Assembly (NCBI GenBank): GCA_027490815.1
Contig: JAIXXJ010000018.1
Coordinates: forward strand, 2,595 to 66,594
Direction: 5' to 3'
DNA from: Streptomycetaceae bacterium
GTDB taxonomy: Bacteria > Actinomycetota > Actinomycetes > Nanopelagicales > Nanopelagicaceae
Length of the DNA: 64,000 nt
The position numbers were made by a program, and so were the translations under genes. The notes under the pieces are model-generated. The model made no database searches, was not told where the DNA came from, and saw only the letters and a program-made list of their open reading frames with translations. This document shows positions 56,876 to 64,000 of this stretch, in pieces; the stretch's first letter is position 1; the number at the start of each line of letters is the position of its first letter.

Positions 56876-58317
56876 TGGCTCTTACATTTAAGAGTGGAAT
56901 TTACATCAATGGCCAATGGGTTCAGCCTTCAAGTAAAGCTGTTTTAGATGTTACAAACCCTGCAACCGGAGAATTACTAGCATCTATTCCTGCAGCCGGT
57001 CGCGATGAAGCACGCGCGGCAGTAGTGGCAGCGCATAAAGCATTTAAATCCTGGAGTGGCCTTAATGCAAATGAGCGCGCTGCATACCTTCGCAAAGCAA
57101 ATGCAATTTTTATTGAGCGCGCACAAGAAATTGGCGAGATCATGACATTGGAACAAGGTAAGCCAATTGCAGAGGCAGTCGGTGAAGTCTTGTGGGGAGC
57201 TGACTATCTCCTTTGGTATGCAGAAGAGATTCGTCGCAGTAACGGAACAATTGTTCCGAGTGACTCTCTCAATCAACGCTTCTACCTGCGCAGACGCGCA
57301 CGTGGAGTTGTTGCATGTATAACTCCATGGAACTTTCCAAATGCAATGCTTCTTCGCAAGATTGCTCCGGCTGTTGCTGCGGGAAACACAATCGTTGCAA
57401 AGCCTGCAGAAGAGACACCTTTATCTGCAATCAAAATCTTTGAAGTATTTCACGATGCAGGTTTCCCAGCAGGAGTTCTTAACCTTGTCTGCGGAGAACC
57501 TGCGCCAATCGGTGATGTTCTACTTGAATCTCCAGAGGTACGACAGATTTCATTTACCGGATCAACAGAGATTGGTCGCATGCTTTCAGAACGTGGCGGC
57601 GCGCAGTTGAAGAAAGTTACAGTAGAACTGGGTGGAGTTGCACCGTTTATTGTTTTCCCTGATGCAGATCTAGATGTTGCATTAAATAACTTAATGTGGG
57701 GCAAGTTTGCTAACCAAGGTCAAAGTTGTGTTGCTCCAAACCGTGTGTTGATTCATAAAGATATCTTTGACACATTTACTGTGGCAGCCAAAAAGCGTGT
57801 TGAAGAGTTAAAGCTTGGTCATGGAATCAAGGGTGGCTTTGAAGTTGGCCCAATGATCTCTGAAGAGGCCGTAGTTAGAGTGAATGCTCAGTTAGAAGAT
57901 GCCAAAAAGAAAGGCGCAAAAGTTGTTGCTGGTGGGCAAATTCCATCTGGAATTGATCCAAAGCGTTGGTGTGCTCCAACAATCATTGTTGATGCACCAA
58001 AGGATGCACTTGTTACCTGCCATGAAACATTTGGACCACTAGTTGCATTTGAGCCATTTACATCAGAGGCAGAGATGATCGATTCTGTAAATGCATCCGA
58101 GTCTGGACTTGGTGCATATCTATTTACTAAGGATCTAGCTATCGCCCACCGTGTTTCTGAAGCTTTGGAATATGGAATGGTCGTAATCAACGGATCTTCA
58201 TTTGGTTATGTGCAGACACCATTTGGTGGAACAAAGGGATCAGGTGATGGCCGCGAAGGTGGACAAGACGGACTCTTGGAGTATCAGGAACTTCAATACA
58301 TCAATATGAACTTTTAG
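56875..58317 (+). CDS. NAD(P)-dependent aldehyde dehydrogenase (semialdehyde dehydrogenase-like)
   Basis: VELGG, catalytic Cys block GQSCVAPNR, ETFGP. The start overlaps the upstream stop. Confidence 0.9.
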   Translation: MALTFKSGIYINGQWVQPSSKAVLDVTNPATGELLASIPAAGRDEARAAVVAAHKAFKSWSGLNANERAAYLRKANAIFIERAQEIGEIMTLEQGKPIAEAVGEVLWGADYLLWYAEEIRRSNGTIVPSDSLNQRFYLRRRARGVVACITPWNFPNAMLLRKIAPAVAAGNTIVAKPAEETPLSAIKIFEVFHDAGFPAGVLNLVCGEPAPIGDVLLESPEVRQISFTGSTEIGRMLSERGGAQLKKVTVELGGVAPFIVFPDADLDVALNNLMWGKFANQGQSCVAPNRVLIHKDIFDTFTVAAKKRVEELKLGHGIKGGFEVGPMISEEAVVRVNAQLEDAKKKGAKVVAGGQIPSGIDPKRWCAPTIIVDAPKDALVTCHETFGPLVAFEPFTSEAEMIDSVNASESGLGAYLFTKDLAIAHRVSEALEYGMVVINGSSFGYVQTPFGGTKGSGDGREGGQDGLLEYQELQYINMNF

Positions 58318-58353
58318 TTAAAGCAAAGATCTACAACGGAAAGGGGAGAAACG

Positions 58354-60366
58354 TTGAACGAGTTGTTAAGACCAGTTAATACGTTAATCGATCCTGCCTC
58401 CAGTGTGATCATTGGACCCTCAATTAGAAGCGCGGCCGTTGTAAGAAACATGTTGATGAGCACAATTCCTGTTGTAGGTGTGCATCCAAGCAAATCAGAT
58501 GTTTTGGGCCTTTCATGTGTGCCATCGATTGCAGATCTACCAACAACTCCAGAGCTTGCAGTTGTCATGGTTGGACATGAAAGAGTTGAAGCAGCTGTCT
58601 ATGAACTAATGGATCGTGGAACTCGAGCATTTTTCTTTCCAGGCCTTGGTAGTGAAGCAGGGGCTGATGGTCCCTTAATTGCGGCAAGAATTCGTGAGCG
58701 AGCAGCTGCAAATGGATCGATGATTATTGGTCAAAACTGCATGGGAATTGCAAAGCCTGGTGGGTCACCATGGATTGGATCTATCTCTGATTCATTTGTC
58801 ACAGGCCATGTTGGAATTTCATCTCAGTCTGGTTCTATTGCAGAAGCATTTACAACAATCGGTCCACGTGTTGGCTTTCGCTTCATTGCATCTACTGGCA
58901 GTGAACTAAATCGCGATGTATCTGACTTTATGAACTTTAGCGCCGATGATCCAGAGACTCGCGCAGTTGGAATTTTCATTGAAACTATTCGCAGGCCTGA
59001 TGCATTCATTGCCGCATTAGAAAAATGCGCACAAGCTGGTAAGCCAGTAGTTGCACTGAAAGTTGGTAAATCTGGAGTAGCAAAGCGCATTGCGTTGGCC
59101 CACACTGGTGCAGTTGTTGGATCTAATCAGGCGTTTTCTGCAACGCTCAAGAGATTTTCTGCAATTGAAGTAGAGGATTTTCCAGAGATGGTAGAGACGC
59201 TAGAAGTTCTTGGTAAGAAGCGCAGACCACGTGGTGTTCGAATTAGCGGAGTATCTGAATCTGGCGGTGAGTGCGGTTTGATGGCCGATCGCGCTGAGAA
59301 CAACGGCCTAGTGTTTTCAACGTTGCCACAAGAGACTGCAACAAAGCTGAACAAAGAGTTTCCAAATTACTTGCACCCACAAAATCCACTTGATGCTTGG
59401 GGTATTGATGTTCCAGAGGTTGTCTTTCCTCGATCCATGCAGATTTTGGCAGAGTCAAAAGCCTATGATGTATTAGTTGCACAAGTTGATATCTCTAGAT
59501 TCCGAGGAGATGATGAACAAGTCTGGTGTGAAATGGTTGTTGAATCACTTGGCAAAACTGCAGAGCAGTTTGATATCTCGCCGGCGGTTGTCTCTGTCCA
59601 CTCTGTTGATGCACCGCAAGCAATTTTAGATATCTGTACTAAGTATGAGCTTCCACTTTTGCGCGGCATCAATAGTGCAATGGCAGCGCTAGGTCGGGCA
59701 GGCAACTGGAAAAAAGCTGCAACGTTAAACCAAGATTTTGGTGCACCCATTGAGATTTCACAGTTTGTTACGCGAACTGGCGCACTTCCTGAGTTTGAAT
59801 CAGCAGAGATTTTAGAACTCTACAAAGTTCCAATTGCATCTAGAAAACGTGTTACATCTTCTGATCAAGCCGGTCCTGTTGCCGCAGCTCTTGGTTTTCC
59901 TGTTGTTGTTAAGTCCGATGGACCTGCACATAAGAGCGCATCAGGTGGCGTAATCCTAAATATTAAAAGTGAAGCCGAAGCAATTGCAGCAGTTGAAAAG
60001 CTAGGTGGAGTTGCATTTATCGCAGCACAGATTCCACAAGGAGTAGAGGCGTTAGTTGGAATGGTGCGCGATGAAGAGTTTGGTCCCATCCTGGCTGTTG
60101 GACATGGTGGCGTAACTGTTGAATCAAAAAAACCAGTAACAATGCTTGGACCAGTTGACCTTGCAACTGCACAAGAGATGGTGGCCGAGTCCGGTCTAGA
60201 TGATGCACATGGTGTCTTAGCTAAGACACTGGTTTCTTTGGGGCGTATTGCCCACGAGCACCCAGAGATCGTAGAAATCGATGTAAACCCAATGATTATC
60301 TATGACAAAGCTACTATCGCAGTAGATGCACTTGTTGTAATCGATTCAGAGAGTGAGAATAAGTAA
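58354..60366 (+). CDS. ADP-forming acyl-CoA synthetase (fused alpha/beta; CoA-binding + ATP-grasp)
   Basis: GQNCMGI, SQSGS and phospho-His-loop-like LAHTGAVVGS, then a C-terminal ATP-grasp domain. 670 aa, TTG start. Confidence 0.8.
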   Translation: MNELLRPVNTLIDPASSVIIGPSIRSAAVVRNMLMSTIPVVGVHPSKSDVLGLSCVPSIADLPTTPELAVVMVGHERVEAAVYELMDRGTRAFFFPGLGSEAGADGPLIAARIRERAAANGSMIIGQNCMGIAKPGGSPWIGSISDSFVTGHVGISSQSGSIAEAFTTIGPRVGFRFIASTGSELNRDVSDFMNFSADDPETRAVGIFIETIRRPDAFIAALEKCAQAGKPVVALKVGKSGVAKRIALAHTGAVVGSNQAFSATLKRFSAIEVEDFPEMVETLEVLGKKRRPRGVRISGVSESGGECGLMADRAENNGLVFSTLPQETATKLNKEFPNYLHPQNPLDAWGIDVPEVVFPRSMQILAESKAYDVLVAQVDISRFRGDDEQVWCEMVVESLGKTAEQFDISPAVVSVHSVDAPQAILDICTKYELPLLRGINSAMAALGRAGNWKKAATLNQDFGAPIEISQFVTRTGALPEFESAEILELYKVPIASRKRVTSSDQAGPVAAALGFPVVVKSDGPAHKSASGGVILNIKSEAEAIAAVEKLGGVAFIAAQIPQGVEALVGMVRDEEFGPILAVGHGGVTVESKKPVTMLGPVDLATAQEMVAESGLDDAHGVLAKTLVSLGRIAHEHPEIVEIDVNPMIIYDKATIAVDALVVIDSESENK

Positions 60367-61197
60367 ATGAAAACGATAACAGTTGAGCAAGTTGGGCCAA
60401 CACGTTGGATCACCCTCAATCGCCCTGACAAGTTAAATGCCATCAACTACGACATGGTTAACGAACTGCGCGCAGAGCTAAACAGCGCTGCAGTTGATAA
60501 CAACACCAAAGTCTTAGTTCTAACAGCAAATGGACGTGCATTTTCTAGCGGGTATGACTTATCTGAATTGGCAGAAGATGAGATTAGTGGCGCACTGCGC
60601 TGGCACGGAATTTTAGAAGATGATGTTTCCCTAACAATGCAGTTGTGGTCTTTCCCAAAGCCAACAATTGCAGCTGTCCATGGATGGGTCTTGGCTGGTG
60701 GATGTGAATTGGCAATGGCCTGCGACATGATTATTGCAACAGATAAAGCAAAGTTTGGTGAGCCTGAAGTTAAGTATGGATCAGGACCTGCAACGCTTTT
60801 GATGCCATTTATCATCGGGCAAAAGAAAACAAATGAGCTTTTGTTTACTGGTGACACAATTGACGCTGAAGAAGCCTTGCGTATTGGCTTGATCAACAAA
60901 GTTGTTAGCGAAGAGAGCTTGCACGATGAAGTACGTGCCTTAATCAAGAAGATCGCACCTACTCCCCTTTCCACTCTGCGCCTTACAAAAATTGGCTTAA
61001 TCCGAGCACAAGAGGCAACAGGTATTCGTCAGGCAATTAGCGCAAACATGGATGTTTCAGCAATCCTCAATGGCAGCGACAGTCCAGAGCAAAAAGAGTT
61101 TGATGACATTGTCCGTAAAGAAGGTTTAAAGCAAGCGTTAGCTTGGCGTGATGCACGGTTCGAGGAAAGTCTAGAGACTAAAGGAAAAGGAAAATAA
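60367..61197 (+). CDS. Enoyl-CoA hydratase/isomerase (crotonase) family protein
   Basis: Crotonase blocks AAVHGWVLAGGCELAMACD and FGEPEVKYG. Confidence 0.85.
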   Translation: MKTITVEQVGPTRWITLNRPDKLNAINYDMVNELRAELNSAAVDNNTKVLVLTANGRAFSSGYDLSELAEDEISGALRWHGILEDDVSLTMQLWSFPKPTIAAVHGWVLAGGCELAMACDMIIATDKAKFGEPEVKYGSGPATLLMPFIIGQKKTNELLFTGDTIDAEEALRIGLINKVVSEESLHDEVRALIKKIAPTPLSTLRLTKIGLIRAQEATGIRQAISANMDVSAILNGSDSPEQKEFDDIVRKEGLKQALAWRDARFEESLETKGKGK

Positions 61198-62348
61198 TGA
61201 GTAAGCAAACTATCAAAGCGGCAATCACACGAGGTAACTCACCAATTGAGATTGCAGATGTAGATCTAGATGCTCCTAAAGCAGGTGAGATCCTTGTTCG
61301 CATCGCTGCTGCTGGTGTCTGCCACTCAGATGTTCACTTAGCCGATGGAAACCTTGGAACTACTCGCTGGCCAATTATCTTGGGCCACGAAGGCGCAGGA
61401 GTAGTTGAAGAAATCGGTACAGGAGTTACTAACGTAAAGGTTGGCGATCGCGTTGCATTTAACTTTGTGCCTCCTTGCCGCCAGTGTAAAGAGTGCATCG
61501 CCACTCGCTTTAATTTGTGTGAAGTTGCTGGAGAGCATGCCTACACAGGAAACCTATTGGATGGAACTTCTCGCCTTCACGAGAAAAATGGCACAGAGCT
61601 TCGCCACTTTAACTTTGTTTCTTGCTTTGCTGAAAAAGCAGTTGTGCCTGCAGGTTCTGCAGTTCCTGTTCAGGCAGATGTGCCGTTATGGCAAGCAGCA
61701 TTACTTGGTTGCGGTGTAATGACAGGTATTGGCGCTGTGCGCAATGCTGCAAAGGTGCAGATTGGTGAGACAGTTGCAGTTATTGGTTGCGGCGGCGTTG
61801 GTCTGCAAGTTGTTGCAGGTGCTCGTTTAGCCGGTGCAAGCAAAATTATCGCCGTAGACATGCAGCCAGCAAACCTAGAGCGTGCAAAAAAGCATGGAGC
61901 AACTCATGTAGTTGATGCATCAAAGAAAAACGTTGTTGCCGATGTCATGGCAATTGTTCCTGGTGGAGTCGATCATGCATTCGAAGTTGTAGGCCGCCCA
62001 GAGACGATTCGCACCGCATGGGATGTTATCCGCGCGGGTGCAACAGCAATTGTTGTCGGACTAGCACCACGTGGTGTTGAAGTTTCGATTCCTGCTATTG
62101 AGTTCTTGTCTGAAAAAGGATTAAAAGGCTCACTCTATGGATCTGCAAATGTTCCAGTCGAGCTTCCTCAGATGATTGCAATGGCTGGTGAAGGACGTAT
62201 CAACGTTGCAGATGTTGTTTCACATGTGGCTGATTTGAATGGCATAGAAGCTGCATTTGAACGTTTACGAAAAGGTGATGGAGCTCGTACTCTTGTAATT
62301 ATTGATGAGAAGATCGCAGGTTCATTAGTGGGAATTAGTAGGGCTTAA
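61197..62348 (+). CDS. Zinc-dependent alcohol dehydrogenase (class III/mycothiol-dependent formaldehyde dehydrogenase-like)
   Basis: GVCHSDVH, GHEGAGVVEEIG, structural-zinc cluster CRQCKEC...C, GCGGVG NAD motif. Confidence 0.85.
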   Translation: MSKQTIKAAITRGNSPIEIADVDLDAPKAGEILVRIAAAGVCHSDVHLADGNLGTTRWPIILGHEGAGVVEEIGTGVTNVKVGDRVAFNFVPPCRQCKECIATRFNLCEVAGEHAYTGNLLDGTSRLHEKNGTELRHFNFVSCFAEKAVVPAGSAVPVQADVPLWQAALLGCGVMTGIGAVRNAAKVQIGETVAVIGCGGVGLQVVAGARLAGASKIIAVDMQPANLERAKKHGATHVVDASKKNVVADVMAIVPGGVDHAFEVVGRPETIRTAWDVIRAGATAIVVGLAPRGVEVSIPAIEFLSEKGLKGSLYGSANVPVELPQMIAMAGEGRINVADVVSHVADLNGIEAAFERLRKGDGARTLVIIDEKIAGSLVGISRA

Positions 62349-63388
62349 TGATGAGCAAAATTCGGGATTTCTTTAACCAAGGTGGATTATTACTCTTTGC
62401 TTTGGGCCGTATCTTGGCTGGAATCCCAATCATCATTGCTCTTACAGTTTTAGTCTTTATGGCCACACAGGCGTTACCTGGCGATGCTGCTGTTTCATAC
62501 CTAGCAAACACAGCAACACCAGAGCGCTTAGCTGCAATTAGAGAGCAGCTAAATCTGGATGATCCTTTGTGGGTTCAATACTTTAGTTGGGCAAGTGATG
62601 CGCTGCGTTTAGATTTTGGAATGACCCTGACAGGTGAAACATCTGTCTCAGCAATCCTTGGAGAGCGAATTCAAAATACTCTTATTTTGATGGCATCATC
62701 TGGAATTGTTGCTATTCCTCTTTCTATCCTAATCGGTGTCTATGCAGCTGTTAGACGTGGAAAGATTTTTGATAACGTCAGTTCGCTTTTCACACTAGTA
62801 CTTGCTGCTCTTCCAGAGTTTGTGGTCGCAATCTTTGTTGTCTTCCTACTTGCAACGAACATTTTTCAGATCTTTCCTGCTATCTCCTTTGTTGAACCAG
62901 GGACATTAGCCTGGGCAGATCCAATGTCTTTGGTTTTGCCATCACTTACTTTGATTTTGGCTGTTACGCCATATGTCTCTCGAATCATGCGCGGTTCGAT
63001 GATCGAAGTAATGGAGTCTGAATACATTCAGATGGCTCGATTGAAAGGTTTATCTGAGAGAACAGTGATTTTGCGCCACGCTCTTCCTAATGCAATCGCG
63101 CCAACCATCCAAGTAATTGCATTGCAGCTTGCTTGGCTTGCAGGTGGTGTCGTAGTTGTTGAAGCCGTCTTCGCTTATCCTGGAATTGGAACAGTAATGA
63201 TTGATTCGGTAAAGGCGCGTGATCTTCCAATCGTTCAGGCAATTACATTAATGATTGCCGCTCTATATGTAGTCCTCAATATTTTGGCAGACATTGGAAC
63301 CATTTTGTCTACACCAAGGCTTCGCACAAAGCACGCAAGAAAAAATGACACCAGTGATGTCTTTGCGGCAATGGATGGGGATCAGTAA
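62348..63388 (+). CDS. Dpp/Opp-type ABC transporter permease (DppB-like)
   Basis: 346 aa, six TM segments, conserved ARLKGLSE loop. Confidence 0.85.
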   Translation: MMSKIRDFFNQGGLLLFALGRILAGIPIIIALTVLVFMATQALPGDAAVSYLANTATPERLAAIREQLNLDDPLWVQYFSWASDALRLDFGMTLTGETSVSAILGERIQNTLILMASSGIVAIPLSILIGVYAAVRRGKIFDNVSSLFTLVLAALPEFVVAIFVVFLLATNIFQIFPAISFVEPGTLAWADPMSLVLPSLTLILAVTPYVSRIMRGSMIEVMESEYIQMARLKGLSERTVILRHALPNAIAPTIQVIALQLAWLAGGVVVVEAVFAYPGIGTVMIDSVKARDLPIVQAITLMIAALYVVLNILADIGTILSTPRLRTKHARKNDTSDVFAAMDGDQ

Positions 63389-64000
63389 TGCAAAAGAAGA
63401 TAGAAAAGAAAATGAAACCTAAATCTCAGTTCCGTACTTTAGTTGCTCTTACATTTAAACAGGGCTACGCAAGGCTGGGTGGCGCCATCGTTCTTGGAAT
63501 TCTATTCTTGGCAATCTTTGGTCCATTTTTTGCACCATATACATTTGATGAGTTTGTTGATGTACCAAATGCACCACGTTCTGACACTTTGATGCTTGGT
63601 GCTGATTACTTTGGCCGAGATGTTTACTCACGGTTTTTAAGCGGCGGGCGATCAATTATTGGTCTTTCCTTTATCTCAACAGTTTTGGGTGTGGGACTTG
63701 GGCTTTTAATTGGCCTATTTGCAGCATCTGCTAAAAAACGAACTGATGGTTTGATCATGCGAGCAAACGATATTTTGCTTGCATTCCCTCAGATCGTATT
63801 CGTTCTACTTGTTGTTTCAGGATTTGGTACTAGCGTCTTCTTGATCGCAGTGACAGTCGGATTCACACATGCCCCACGAACTGCTCGAATCATTAGAGCT
63901 GCTGCTGCAGAAGTTATGGAACGAGATTTCATAAAGGCAGCAATTGCAGTGGGAGAAAAACGTCAAAGAATCATTATTAGTGAGTTGTTACCAAATGTTA
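63388..64000 (+). CDS. Dpp/Opp-type ABC transporter permease (DppC-like), partial at window end
   Basis: ATG at 63388 overlaps the upstream TAA (TAATG). The frame stays open to the window edge (MQKKIEKKMKPKSQFRTLVALTF...GADYFGRDVYSRFL...). It has no stop, so it is absent from the ORF track. Confidence 0.75.
   Translation, partial: MQKKIEKKMKPKSQFRTLVALTFKQGYARLGGAIVLGILFLAIFGPFFAPYTFDEFVDVPNAPRSDTLMLGADYFGRDVYSRFLSGGRSIIGLSFISTVLGVGLGLLIGLFAASAKKRTDGLIMRANDILLAFPQIVFVLLVVSGFGTSVFLIAVTVGFTHAPRTARIIRAAAAEVMERDFIKAAIAVGEKRQRIIISELLPNV

Noticed and set aside
1-64000. Scan for CRISPR arrays, IS elements/transposases, integrases, prophage genes, rRNA and known defence-system hallmarks.
   Set aside because: No spaced repeat array was seen. 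None of the translated ORFs shows a recombinase, reverse transcriptase, terminase/capsid or defence nuclease/NTPase signature that I could recognise.

Overview
This 64-kb chromosomal window is densely coding, with about 70 genes on both strands and many 1-4 nt overlaps. The protein families suggest a streamlined, moderate/low-GC actinobacterium: a RipA-like NlpC/P60 hydrolase, PT-linker secreted proteins, a Tat-leader SBP, CUT1 sugar operons without their own ATPase, and ROK/IclR regulators. That assignment is an inference.

Content from left to right:
- tRNA-His, ppa and tRNA-Lys.
- An AT-rich pair of secreted proteins, then an S51 peptidase.
- A light/redox neighbourhood: a DUF2256-like mini-ORF, a DCC thiol oxidoreductase, a secreted cytochrome-b5 fusion and an FeS-type photolyase/cryptochrome.
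- An NlpC/P60 hydrolase and an Fe(III)-type ABC importer.
- An operon of a hydantoin-racemase-like protein, an FAD oxidoreductase, an NMT1-type ABC importer and an SDR.
- Small hypothetical and membrane proteins, and a secreted PHM/DBH-like copper monooxygenase homologue.
- A 7.8-kb AT-rich operon (ROK regulator, M20 peptidase, ABC importer, YhfX-like PLP enzyme, SIS protein) bounded by 47-bp direct repeats made from the 3' end of a doxX-like gene.
- A SHOCT protein, a Cys-rich mini-protein and a trypsin-like protease.
- A polyamine-type ABC importer and TspO.
- An alpha-glucosidase, a CUT1 ABC importer and a GH1 beta-glucosidase.
- A UbiA prenyltransferase, a second M6-like protease, a PQQ-type sugar dehydrogenase, an EamA transporter, ppdK and an IclR regulator.
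- A 12-kb array combining a Ccr-family enoyl-CoA carboxylase/reductase, a Dpp/opine-type ABC importer and six catabolic enzymes.

I recognised no rRNA, CRISPR array, IS element, integrase or phage gene.

The best candidates for something undescribed are:
1. The repeat-bounded cassette and its unassigned amino-sugar or glycated-amine pathway.
2. The Ccr-containing catabolic/transport array.
3. A C-x15-C...K-L-x-W module shared by several secreted proteins.

All calls come from reading motifs by eye. No database search or computed profile was available.
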